Made by a program: the position numbers and the translations under genes. The notes beneath the pieces were generated by a model. The model saw only the letters and a list, made by a program, of their open reading frames with translations. It was not told the origin of the DNA and ran no database searches. A stretch of 59,048 bases of DNA from a virus (Duplodnaviria; Caudoviricetes): the IMG/VR virus record IMGVR_UViG_3300025030_000116, positions 1-59,048 of that record; one strand, written 5' to 3'. Below are positions 18,639 through 29,200 of the stretch, one piece after another. The first letter of the stretch is position 1, and the number at the start of each line of letters is the position of its first letter.

Positions 18639-21600
18639 ATGTCGGATTCTCCAAACATACCTACTCTTTCATCCAAGGTTGATCCAGAGGTAAAGAAAGC
18701 GTTCACCTCCCTGAAGTCGTGGTTTGAGAAGGTGGGCGGCGTCGTGTCGCCGTCCGATCTGACGGCTACGGGCCTCTTCAACCGTGGCCCGAATGGCACC
18801 CTCACGCCCAATGCCCCGTTCTTGGACATGACCATCCCGCCACAGATTACAGGACTCGCAGTGTCCGGCTCATTCGCGGCCATCATGTTAACGTGGGACG
18901 ATCCCCGTTACAGGAACCTGGCATATGTCGAGGTGTACCGGGCGACTGTCAATGATCTTGGGCAGGCCGTCAGAGTCGGCACTACGCAATCCACTATGTA
19001 CGCGGACCGCCCGCCGCAGTCGTCGCTTTCTGTTACCTACTACTACTGGGTGCGGATCATCAGCGTTGCCAATGTGACCGGCCCCTACAACTCAACATCC
19101 GGCACGCCTGGTTCAACTGCCAACGATCCGACCTATGTGCTGGAAGTCCTCACCAACCAGATCAAGGAGGGGCAGCTCTACGGCGACCTGGCATCCCGGA
19201 TCGACCTGATCGACGCTCCAGGGACCGGGCTCGTTGACGCGGTGGATGTCATAGCGGACATGCAGATCAATCAGATACCTCTGCAATACAACGAGCTTTT
19301 TCTCGACCTGATGCGCGAAAAGAACATCTCCGACGCTACCGTGTACATTGATCCGGTAACGGGGGAAATCAGCTTGCTTGCCACGGCGAACGTCACAACA
19401 GAGGTTGAAGCAAGGATCACCGATCTTGAATTTAACATGGATGCCGAGGCTGGAAAGATCAGCATCCTCAACCAGATTGCCGTCTTCGACAGGGTAAGCG
19501 TGACGGATTTCAATACCACTGTTGAAGTCCTGAACGATGCAATTTCTCTCAAAACAACCACGTCCTACGTTGACACGGCTATGTTGAACATTGCCGACAC
19601 TTTAACCCCGGCAGCTTCCGACTCGATTACGGGCGACGGTCCTTTTGCAATCATGAATCTGTTGCTCATGGGCAATAAGATGAACCTGGAGAGCCTGGCG
19701 CACAAGGCGAACATCGCCCAGGCCCAGTTTGACCTGCAAAGCAACGCTGACGCAATCAGCGCGGAAGCTACGGCAAGGCTGCTGCTGGCGGCTCAAGTGG
19801 TGGACGGCGACAATGTCAACGCCGCCGCTATCCTGGTGGAGCAGAACGCCAGAGCTGATGCCGACACTGCCGAGGCGGAAGCGCGGGAGATCCTTGCGAC
19901 AAGGGTTCAGACCGCCGAAAGCGCCATTACCCAGATCAACACCGTCACTTCAACCAGCACCTCCGCGAGCGCGCAGGCACTTGCATCTCTCCAGACGGCT
20001 ATTGCCGACCCGACTACCGGCCTCGCATCCAAGGCTTCCGTCGTGGGGCTCCAGACCGCCAACAGTACCCTTCTGTCTTCGGTGGCGCAGGCGCTCATGC
20101 AGACATCTACCACTCTCAACGGGAACACAACCACTGTTGAGACAATGGCGCAGTCTCTTGACGGTGTTAACGGCGAGTACGCCATCAAGATTGACGCCAA
20201 CGGGGCTGTTGCCGGGATCGGACTGGTCAATGGTCCAAACGGTTCCGAGTTCGGAGTCCTTGCTGATCGTTTTTGGGTCATGTACCCCGATGCTCCCGAG
20301 CATAGCGCGGCTGCCACCTACAAGAAAAACGCCCGCGTTTCCTATGGGACGAAAACGGTCAACGAACAGGAAGTCCCTAAGCAGTGGCGGGCCATCGTAG
20401 ACATCACGGCGCCCGAAGCCTGGAACCCTGCACACTGGGACGATGCGAACCTCTCTCCTTTCATCGTGGATAGCGAGTACGGCGTCATTTTCGACACGGC
20501 ATATTTCAAAGAGGCGACGATCACGAGCGCAATGGTCGAAGACTTGAGCGCCGACAAGCTCACCGTTCCAGGGACCGGCACCATTTGGGAAGCGATCATC
20601 AACCTGGGGAAGATCACCAATGCCTACATTGGCGACTTTATCCAAAGCACCATTTACACGCCGGGATCGGTGGGATGGAAGATCGACAAGACTGGCGCGG
20701 TTGAGTTCAATGGGGGGGTGTTCCGGGGCAAAGTGGTCTTTGGGGCAGAATCGTCCGGCTATGGGAATCTCACGGACAAGCCGACATCTCTGGCAGACAT
20801 CAGTACTGACGATGGCGCGGTGTTAACTTCGACTGCCAACTTCGTGTCTGCGACCTACCCTGACGACCAGATAGCGATTCAGGCACAAATCGACGGCAAG
20901 ATCGAGACGTGGTATCAGGATGCGGACCCATCCCCGGCATGGACCACGGCAGCACTCAAACTCCAGCACAACGGGGACTTCTGGTATACCGTCACAGCTC
21001 CGAGAGTCTTGAAGCGGTACTCGAACTCTCCTGCTGGGTGGATCACGATAACGGATGACTCCGTGGTCGAGGCTGTATCGGCGGCGCAGCAAACGGCAAA
21101 CAGTAAGCGGACTGTTTTCACGGCGCAGCCGGTAACACCGTACATTGTTGGCGATCTTTGGGCAGCCGGGCCTTTAGGCGACATCAAGAAGTGTAAGACC
21201 GCTCGCGCAACAGGTGTTTTCAATGCGGCCGATTGGGAGCTGGCGGCGAAGTATACGGACGATTCGACTGTTAACGCCTTCGTCTCTGGGACCTATGCCA
21301 ACGATCTGGAAAGCCTTCAGGGGCAGGTTGACAGCAAGGTTGAATCGTGGTCGCAAGACGAAGACCCTTCTACTGCATGGACAACCGCCGAACTCAAAAC
21401 CGCCCATACCGGAGATTCGTGGTACTCGCCTACAGCCAAAGAACTGAAGCGGTGGAGCGGTACGGTGTGGGGTTTAATCGACAACGCAACGGCGATAGCT
21501 GCGGCTCAAGCGGCATCGGGCGCACAGAGTACTGCTGACAGCAAAAGAACCGTGTTCACAGCCCAGCCTGTAACGCCGTACCTACAGGGGGATTTGTGGC

Positions 21601-22430
21601 TGACATCGCTTGTTACGGGGACCGGCGACATCAAGAAGTGCATCACGGCGAAGGCGTCAGGTGCCTACGTTGCCGCGGATTGGGTCAAGGCGGCTGAATA
21701 CACCAAGGGGGCAAAGGCTGGAACTGACCTGGTGGACTCGGCGGGAACCCCCCTGACCGACGCACTTGTCATCACCAGCCAGGGAACTGCGGCAGATACG
21801 TCAGCGGTGAATGGGGTGGCTGCCACAACGGTACAAACGGGGGCGGCTGCCGGGGCGGCTGCGGCATCTACCGTCGCGGGGTGGACCAGGCCGGGCGAAA
21901 CCACAATTGACGGCAACAAGATCTCCACCGCAGACGCCTACGTTGATACCCTTCAGATCAAGGGGCAAGCCGTTACATTCCCCGTGGCCGCTTCCGTTGC
22001 TACCGATTACGAGACTGGTACGGTGAGCGGGACATGGTATGGCGTGGGCGTGAGCGTAACAGTCGATGCATCTGCGGGGGTGTTCCCCGTCTGCATCACT
22101 GCACATCTTTACGGCTCTGTCCAGGCAAGCTATTCGGGTGTCGGTGCAGGAGTAGCGGTTGGATATGTAAGAGTTGAAAGATCAACCGACAATGTAACCT
22201 GGGCACAGGTGGGCGGATCTCCAATAGTCCCGTTTGCCGACGCATATGTCTCATATTACGGCGGGGATACGTCTGCGGTGACCCCGGCCTGCATAATATG
22301 CAAGGATACCCCCTCGGCTGCGGGGACTATTTATTATCGCATAGCAGTCAAGGTTGACAGCACGGGTGGCACTACAAGGTCATGCACTGTCAAGGCGAGG
22401 GGGCTTCTTGCAATAGGGGCTAAACGATGA
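18639..22430 (+). CDS. Large tail fibre / host-specificity (J-like, DUF1983) protein
   Basis: FN3-like N-domain (YYYWVR), coiled coil, YAIKIDANGAVAGIGL...F.V.ADRF, internal tandem repeat. Confidence 0.8.
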   Translation: MSDSPNIPTLSSKVDPEVKKAFTSLKSWFEKVGGVVSPSDLTATGLFNRGPNGTLTPNAPFLDMTIPPQITGLAVSGSFAAIMLTWDDPRYRNLAYVEVYRATVNDLGQAVRVGTTQSTMYADRPPQSSLSVTYYYWVRIISVANVTGPYNSTSGTPGSTANDPTYVLEVLTNQIKEGQLYGDLASRIDLIDAPGTGLVDAVDVIADMQINQIPLQYNELFLDLMREKNISDATVYIDPVTGEISLLATANVTTEVEARITDLEFNMDAEAGKISILNQIAVFDRVSVTDFNTTVEVLNDAISLKTTTSYVDTAMLNIADTLTPAASDSITGDGPFAIMNLLLMGNKMNLESLAHKANIAQAQFDLQSNADAISAEATARLLLAAQVVDGDNVNAAAILVEQNARADADTAEAEAREILATRVQTAESAITQINTVTSTSTSASAQALASLQTAIADPTTGLASKASVVGLQTANSTLLSSVAQALMQTSTTLNGNTTTVETMAQSLDGVNGEYAIKIDANGAVAGIGLVNGPNGSEFGVLADRFWVMYPDAPEHSAAATYKKNARVSYGTKTVNEQEVPKQWRAIVDITAPEAWNPAHWDDANLSPFIVDSEYGVIFDTAYFKEATITSAMVEDLSADKLTVPGTGTIWEAIINLGKITNAYIGDFIQSTIYTPGSVGWKIDKTGAVEFNGGVFRGKVVFGAESSGYGNLTDKPTSLADISTDDGAVLTSTANFVSATYPDDQIAIQAQIDGKIETWYQDADPSPAWTTAALKLQHNGDFWYTVTAPRVLKRYSNSPAGWITITDDSVVEAVSAAQQTANSKRTVFTAQPVTPYIVGDLWAAGPLGDIKKCKTARATGVFNAADWELAAKYTDDSTVNAFVSGTYANDLESLQGQVDSKVESWSQDEDPSTAWTTAELKTAHTGDSWYSPTAKELKRWSGTVWGLIDNATAIAAAQAASGAQSTADSKRTVFTAQPVTPYLQGDLWLTSLVTGTGDIKKCITAKASGAYVAADWVKAAEYTKGAKAGTDLVDSAGTPLTDALVITSQGTAADTSAVNGVAATTVQTGAAAGAAAASTVAGWTRPGETTIDGNKISTADAYVDTLQIKGQAVTFPVAASVATDYETGTVSGTWYGVGVSVTVDASAGVFPVCITAHLYGSVQASYSGVGAGVAVGYVRVERSTDNVTWAQVGGSPIVPFADAYVSYYGGDTSAVTPACIICKDTPSAAGTIYYRIAVKVDSTGGTTRSCTVKARGLLAIGAKR

Positions 22431-22795
22431 ATGTGGCAATCTATGACATTGAAACTGGGCGCATAAACAGGTTTGTATCATGCAATGTTTCCGCCATATC
22501 CATACAGGTGGGAGGCGGAGAAGAATTCTTCCTGAACTGCCCGCCCGAGACTACCCATATCGTTAACGGGGAGCCGAGGGTGGTTGCCCCTCTCCCACCG
22601 ACAGTCGAGGTGCTGATGAGCGGCATCCGTTCGGAGCGGCAGCGCCGTCTTGCCTTCTCCGACTGGACGCAGATGCCTGACTCGCCTTTGACGGCTGAGG
22701 AGCGGGCCGAGTGGGCAGCATACCGACAGGCACTCCGTGACTTCCCAGGGGGGTGCGATCCCGTGTCCCCGGTGTGGCCGGCGCCTCCCCTATAA
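22427..22795 (+). CDS. Tail fibre assembly chaperone
   Basis: R.ER..RL..SDWTQMPDSPL....WAAYRQALRD.P....WP..P. Confidence 0.85.
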   Translation: MNVAIYDIETGRINRFVSCNVSAISIQVGGGEEFFLNCPPETTHIVNGEPRVVAPLPPTVEVLMSGIRSERQRRLAFSDWTQMPDSPLTAEERAEWAAYRQALRDFPGGCDPVSPVWPAPPL

Positions 22796-22858
22796 AATGC
22801 AGCGGTTGTTTGCAATGCCTCAACCATCTTGGTAGAATCCGCCGAAAAAGAGGGTTGA

Positions 22859-23272
22859 ATGAACGATTTCGGGCTCTACATGGAGATCGTGGATTTCCTT
22901 CACTCGGGCGGTGGCCCCTACGAGGTGATGAACGGAGACGTTCAGGAAAACCTCATCGACTCGCTCTGCTCTAGCCGGTACGTCTTGCAGAGAGACGACT
23001 ATGGCAAGATCAAGGCATTCTGCAATTACTGGCTTGTCATGCCGGAAGACCTGGACACAGTTCGTGCGGGGCATCGACCGGCTGAAGTTAACACGGGTTC
23101 CGTCTTCGTCATGGTCGATCACGTCAACAAGGGCGGCAGGCGTTCACTGCTCGACACGATAAGGCAACTAAGGATTCGATGCGTTAACGTGAAGGGCGCT
23201 GCCTGGTTCCATAAACAGGCCGCACCTGAAATGTTCCGCTACTACCCGTCGCAACGAGGGACCAATGGGTAA
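22859..23272 (+). CDS. HlyC/RTX-activating acyltransferase-like (GNAT-related) protein
   Basis: RYVLQRD.YG.IKAFCNYWLV..E...EVNTGSVFVMVDHV..GG resembles the HlyC family pattern. Confidence 0.5.
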   Translation: MNDFGLYMEIVDFLHSGGGPYEVMNGDVQENLIDSLCSSRYVLQRDDYGKIKAFCNYWLVMPEDLDTVRAGHRPAEVNTGSVFVMVDHVNKGGRRSLLDTIRQLRIRCVNVKGAAWFHKQAAPEMFRYYPSQRGTNG

Positions 23273-23840
23273 AAAAGACATACCGGAAACTGAACAGGAA
23301 AGAACACTGGCGCAGGTTTCCATCGAGAAGTGGAACGACCATCAGCGGCGAATTGTCCCAATGGAAAACAAGGTGATCGCTGCCGCAGGTCGGAGCACCC
23401 AAGGGGCAGGCATAAGGGCGGCGGGCGCCGTTAACGCTGACGTAGCGCAGGCCGCTGTAGCGCCAATCAACCCGAACAGCGGCAAAGCCTTCACCGCAAC
23501 TCCCGCCTTGGCAATGGCTGAAAAGTCTGCAAAGGCTACCGTAGGCGCGGCACAGACGGTCGAGGATCAGCGGGCCTCCGCTCTTGGGAATGTCGTGAGT
23601 ATGGGCGAGGGAAAATCCGCCAGTGCTACGGCGGGCTTTGAGACGGCGGCAAGCAATGCAGTCAGCAGTGCAATAAACTCGGCACAGATAGACGCATCCA
23701 ACAGGCAAGCTATAGCTGGGGCGGGAGCGTCTTTGGCGGCAACGGGCGCTTACACTTACAACAAGGCCAATCCTCCGGCCAAAACAACTGGTTTGGCTGT
23801 CAGTTACCCCAAAACCACCAATCCCTTTATTCCCGATTAA
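23265..23840 (+). CDS. Internal virion (ejection) protein, putative
   Basis: IPETEQER.LA.....W..HQ....P.EN; Ala/Gly-rich; position. Confidence 0.65.
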   Translation: MGKKDIPETEQERTLAQVSIEKWNDHQRRIVPMENKVIAAAGRSTQGAGIRAAGAVNADVAQAAVAPINPNSGKAFTATPALAMAEKSAKATVGAAQTVEDQRASALGNVVSMGEGKSASATAGFETAASNAVSSAINSAQIDASNRQAIAGAGASLAATGAYTYNKANPPAKTTGLAVSYPKTTNPFIPD

Positions 23841-23858
23841 CGAGGGCGGCGACTACTT

Positions 23859-24296
23859 ATGTCAACTGACTATACCAGTGCAGCAATTCAGAACCCAGGC
23901 GTTCCAGCCTATGACCCGACCATCCTTGTGGATGGCGGTAAAGCCAGCGAGATGCAGTCTCGGGTTACAAGGGCGACATGGGACGATTACGTAAAGCGAT
24001 TCCAGCCATCGTCTGACGCCTTGATAGCTTCGACCGGCTTCATGAACCCTAGCATCTACGGGCAACAGGTGCGGGCCGGAATGGGCCAAGTTAACAAGGC
24101 TTACGATTCCGCCTTGGGAACTCAGGAAACTTCCCTTTCGAGGCTTGGGCTCTCCCAGAGCGGTGAACAGCGGGCATACAACAACATCCAAAATAACGTA
24201 GGTCGGTCTGCCTCGGTGGTCGATGCAGCTAACCGCATACGGCAAAGAATTTCTGCGAGGGATCAGGCGATTGCTTACGGCGGAACAGGGAGCTAA
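23859..24296 (+). CDS. Internal virion protein, putative
   Basis: TRATWDDY..RFQP motif; position. Confidence 0.6.
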   Translation: MSTDYTSAAIQNPGVPAYDPTILVDGGKASEMQSRVTRATWDDYVKRFQPSSDALIASTGFMNPSIYGQQVRAGMGQVNKAYDSALGTQETSLSRLGLSQSGEQRAYNNIQNNVGRSASVVDAANRIRQRISARDQAIAYGGTGS

Positions 24297-24298
24297 AA

Positions 24299-24535
24299 AT
24301 GGGCGGATTACTTGGCAGCGGCGAAGCGCAGCAGAAAAGCGCATTGAAGGGGCTCGGTACGGCGGCAACGCTGGAAACCAGCAGGGAAAATGCCAGCGAA
24401 CAGCTTAACGCAGCACACGACCAGCAGGTACTAGGGTCAACAGCTTCGGGTGCGATGATCGGCGCTCAAGTCGGGGGTGGGTGGGGTGCATTGGCGGGTG
24501 GAATTATCGGCTTCGTGGCAGGGGAGTTAATGTAA
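24299..24535 (+). CDS. Small glycine-zipper virion protein
   Basis: GAMIGAQVGGGWGALAGGIIG. Confidence 0.65.
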   Translation: MGGLLGSGEAQQKSALKGLGTAATLETSRENASEQLNAAHDQQVLGSTASGAMIGAQVGGGWGALAGGIIGFVAGELM

Positions 24536-26262
24536 TGGGAAATCCACTTGCTGAAGGTTTTCAAACATACGCAGCACTCCGAAACATGGACATCCAGGAT
24601 CAACAGCTTGCGATGCAGCAGCAATCTCATGCGGACCAGCAAGCCGCCTTGCAGTTCTCGCAGGGCCGCCAGGTTAAGGAAGATGTTCGCTTGCAGGCAT
24701 CTCACGAAGCAGCCCTTGCAACAGCCAAAAGAAAGGTTGATGGCGATGTTACCAAGTCGGTTGGTTACGCCGTACAGGAAGCCCTCGACAGCGGCCAGGA
24801 GGAAATTGATTTCAATTCTTGGACTCCGGCACAACAGAAATGGGCCGAGGACAACGGGCGCGTTAACACGCGGATTAAAACGGATGGCTCCCAGGCGAGG
24901 ACAATCAACGTCTCCAACGTGGGAGTTGGGGATGCACAGCAAATCTCTCCCATCTTCAACGGGAAGTCGCTGGAGGAGGTTGCCGGCATTACGAAGCACC
25001 TTGGCACCGTTCGGTCCCATCTCGACCAGATAACGGAGGACATGCAGGCGAACCCGCAAAAGTATGCCAACGGCATCAGGATTTCCCGCGAGCAGTCCCC
25101 TGAACTTTTCACTGCCCTCAATGCGGCCATTGCTCCCCAAGTTAACAAGGGGCTTGACGACCGCATCGAGAGGAAGGATGTCAGCGGCGCCATCATTAAC
25201 CCGGATGGGTCCGTCTCGGTCGAGGTTGAAAGCTTCGGCAAGGACGGCACCTCGTTTGGCCGCGCTCCGGTGACTTATGGCCGAGGGAATAATGATCCGG
25301 CTTCGATAGTTATGACGATCCCGGCGGCATCCCTCTACAAATACATCAAGGTCAACGAACAACTCGGCCAGCAGATCAAGGCGAGGCAGATCGAATTGGG
25401 AGACGACGAGCCCATCAAGGAGCAGCAGTCTCGCGGTGAAATTCGGAAGGCCATGAAGGCTATCGAGTCCATCCCGGAAGACGACAGAAGCGAGAAGCAG
25501 AACGTCATGTACGCAGGTTTAAAGGCGGGCCTGAAGTTCCCGGAGTCCAATTCCCTTGCCGCATTGAGGCCGGATAAGACATACCGAGATCCCAAGGTTG
25601 AATGGATGGGTGTCAAGGGCAAGCCTGGAATTGAGCAGGCATACCGTGACGGCGAAGCTGTTCCCGAGGACAAAGGGGGTATCCGTCAGCGGTTCGCCCC
25701 TCACGCCCCCAAAGAGCCCAAGTCGGACGCCGAGACGTTCAAGGCGAAGAGGCAGGATAAGGGGACCATAAAGGATGCTGGCCGCAAGGTGGAGCTTGAA
25801 CGCGCAGTTCTGGCGAAGCTAACCGCCGGGACGCCGGAGCATGATGCTCAGATGGCGATTGTCAACGCTGCATCGGACGACTACCAAACCCTAGCTGCCG
25901 AATACAGGGCGGATTGGAACGAGAAGTACGACCCCAACGAGAAGGCAGTAAAGGAAGTGAAACACGTCATCGAGCGTGCGCCGGTTGTCGCAGAAAATGA
26001 GGCACAGTTTGATTCGGCGCTGAAGTACCTCCGAGGTGGCGGCAGCATCACCGGCTTGCGCGAAAAGAAATGGGGGGAGCCTTCCCTGAAAAAGCTCGCC
26101 TCGACAGCGGGTCTTGCCTACACGCCCCCCGCCGCGAACATTTTGTCCCAGCCCGCCCGCCCTGCCTCTGCCCTGAAGAAGTCGGCGCCTGCAAAGGCCA
26201 AGGGTGTTGACCCTTCCGCCGGCTTTACCTTCGTAAATGGGAAAATAGTGCCGAACAAATAG
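24535..26262 (+). CDS. Internal virion (ejection) protein, putative
   Basis: Gln-rich helical N-terminus; between ejection-type genes and the giant gene. Confidence 0.6.
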   Translation: MGNPLAEGFQTYAALRNMDIQDQQLAMQQQSHADQQAALQFSQGRQVKEDVRLQASHEAALATAKRKVDGDVTKSVGYAVQEALDSGQEEIDFNSWTPAQQKWAEDNGRVNTRIKTDGSQARTINVSNVGVGDAQQISPIFNGKSLEEVAGITKHLGTVRSHLDQITEDMQANPQKYANGIRISREQSPELFTALNAAIAPQVNKGLDDRIERKDVSGAIINPDGSVSVEVESFGKDGTSFGRAPVTYGRGNNDPASIVMTIPAASLYKYIKVNEQLGQQIKARQIELGDDEPIKEQQSRGEIRKAMKAIESIPEDDRSEKQNVMYAGLKAGLKFPESNSLAALRPDKTYRDPKVEWMGVKGKPGIEQAYRDGEAVPEDKGGIRQRFAPHAPKEPKSDAETFKAKRQDKGTIKDAGRKVELERAVLAKLTAGTPEHDAQMAIVNAASDDYQTLAAEYRADWNEKYDPNEKAVKEVKHVIERAPVVAENEAQFDSALKYLRGGGSITGLREKKWGEPSLKKLASTAGLAYTPPAANILSQPARPASALKKSAPAKAKGVDPSAGFTFVNGKIVPNK

Positions 26263-26275
26263 GAGTCAACCGACG

Positions 26276-29200
26276 ATGGCCCGTGTAAATGTCCCCGATT
26301 ATAATACGTTTGTCGATTTTCCTGACGATACCCCTGCGGACGTGATGGAGAAGGCCATGCTTGAAGCCTTCCCAGCAAAAGACTTCAGTAAGGTCAGCTT
26401 CAAGCAAGGCCCAACGTCAACGACAGGTATTGCTACTCCCAGGCAGCAGGAAGAGGCCCAGAGTCTCCGGGAAGCCGTAACGGGTAAGGAGGTGGCTAGG
26501 CCGCGTCGATCTGCCGTCCCCGAACTCCGCAATGCCCCGCCGAAGAACTTTTTCGAGAAGGGTGTAGACGCCGTGAGGGGGGCGCTCAGTCCCTACCATG
26601 ACACCGAATCTATGGACCCTGGCGCCATCGCCTCGGCGTCTATCAGTATGGACGCACAGCGTAACATAGTGCCGGCCAAAACGATTACGGCAGAGGGGAT
26701 GTCTGTTAACATTCCTGCCCGGTCGATGGCTCGCGATGAGTTTGTGGACATGATTAACCCTCAAGGGAAAGGGATCAGGACAGCCGAGAAGTTCATCAGC
26801 GGCACCGGTCAAGGGGTCAAGGGTGTGGCTACTGGCGCACTGGGCTTCGCTCAAGCTCTTGGCAGCGAGGCCGCAGGAGATGCAGCGAACGCTATCCAGG
26901 CAGACTCCCTCAACTCACCGGCGGACGAGAGCCTGGCGGGCGAACTTGGTTCCGGCTTCGGCTCCCTTCTTACATTCTTGGTCCCTTCGATGGGCGTCAA
27001 TAAGGTCGCCTCACTGATTGCCAAGATTTCCCCAAAGGCTGCAAAGTTCGCGGCCACAGGGACCATGACCGCGTTCGAGGCTGCTACTGAAGGCGGTAAC
27101 GTCTTCCGCGAGATGCAGGCCGGCGGAGCCACGGAAGAGGAGGCCAGCAAGGCCGCAACCAAAACCTTCCTGGCGAACCTCCCGCTCAACTTCATCACCA
27201 ACAAGGCAGCCTTCTTCCCGGATCATGAGGCCAAGGGGGTCGTGAAGCAGGCGTTGAACTCCGCGCTTCCCGAGGGGCTACAGGAAGGCTCGCAGGAATA
27301 CATCTCGCAGAGGTCGCAGCCTGGCAAGGAAGTGAGCGGGACGGCGATCTTGAAGAGTGCCGCCATCGGTGCGCTTACGGGCGGAGCTGTAGGGGCGGTC
27401 AAGGGCTCAATCTCCTCCGACCATGACATGCTTTCCACTTCTCCCGCTGCCGAGCCGGCCATGCCTGCCGCAGAGCCCCAGGCAGCCGCGCAGCCGTCCG
27501 TTGATCCGCTCGATGCTCACATGGAAGCAAACCCGCAGCAGCCTCTTCCTGCCCCTGTAGCAGAGCAGCCGAAGCCGGAAGCCATACCTGAGCCGGCGCC
27601 AAGAGATGTGCCTGTTAACACGGTATTCAAGCAGCCGGACGGCAGCACTATCAAGATCCTCGCCAAACGCGCCAAAGAGGGCGGATACGTCCTCAACACG
27701 ACTACCACCACGGCAGACGGTCAGAGCCAAACGGTCAGCTCGCATGATCCGGTGTCGGGTCATGACGTGCTTGCAGCTATCGAGCAGCACCGCCCTTCCC
27801 CGGTAGCCGCTCCCGTTGAAGTACAGGCAGAGGCCGCAGCACCACAGGAGCTTACTCGCCAGGCATGGACCGAGGCGCAGCCGGTCGAGGTAGCGGCAAC
27901 CGCTCCCGAAATAGTATCTGAACTGGACCAGGCCGCGCACGAATCCGCAGCCTCTCCGACCAATGAAACTCCCGTACCGACACAGGCCCAGGCAGAAGCC
28001 GGCAATTACAAGAAGGGCCATGTTAACATTCAGGGGCTCAACATCGCCATCGAGAACCCGCAGGGATCAAAGCGGTCAGGTGAAGACGCTGACGGCAAGC
28101 CTTGGGAAACGGAGATGCAGGACCATTACGGCTACATCAAGGGGACCGTGGGGAAGGATAAGGACCACATTGATGTCTTCGTGAAGCCCGGCCTCACCCC
28201 GGAGACGACCGGCGAAAAGTTTTTTGTCGTTGACCAGGTGGACCCGAAAACGGGAGAACTGGACGAGCATAAGATCATGCTTGGCTACGACTCCAAGGAG
28301 GCCGCGCAGGAGGCGTACCTTCGCAACTACGACCAGACCGGCGCCGACCGTATCGGGGCAATCACCGAGACGACCAGCGCCGACTTCAAGGAATGGCTGA
28401 AGCACGGTGACACCCAAGGCGGGTTCGTGCCGGTCAACAAGAAGGAGCCCATTGCTCCCGCGCCCGTACAGGAGCAGGTTACCTCACCCTCCCCCTCCCT
28501 CACTTTGGAGGAGATAGGCGCAAAGGGGATGAAGCACGACGCCAACACAAAAGGCGAGGTCATCATTCTGAAAGACGGGAAAAACATCGCGCAGCAGGAC
28601 CGCAAGACCGGCATGTGGAGGGTCTACGAGGGCGGGCTTTCTGCTAAGAACATGGTGGGCGACAACTTCACCATGAGGGAGGCAGCCGATGAGCTGAAGG
28701 GGATGAGGGAAGTTGAGGCTCCCGAGGCGCAGGCGGAGCGTGAAACGTTCGTCCAGGTATCGGCAGAGCTGGAATCAAAGACCGGAGTTGAGAAGTTCAA
28801 GGGAAAATCCTTTTCTTCTGTCAGTGACTTTCAGGAATATCTGAAGCAAGTCTACCCGTCCGTCCACAACATCGGGGCGAAAAAAGAAGAGGTTGTGGCT
28901 GCTGTGGAAATTGCTGCTGGCAAAGGCGGCAAAAAGGTGTTAACTCAACAGAGGAAGGAGATTCTTGCAGCGTTTCAGGAAGACATCAACCGGCTAAGGG
29001 AAGTGTATGGCGACCTGAACGGAGACACGGAGGCAACCGGTGCCTATGACACGGCTGCCGAAACCCTCGCCGCCGACGAGACAGCGGATCAGGTATCTGC
29101 TTTCGACTTTTTCGATAACATCATCAAGGAGAACCAGCGTGAAAGAGGAAACGAAAGCCAAAATAAAGGAAGAGATGATGAAGCTACCACCGGAGAAGCG

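Noticed and set aside
16315-22430. Diversity-generating retroelement acting on tail fibres
   Set aside because: No reverse transcriptase and no TR/VR pair differing at adenines was seen
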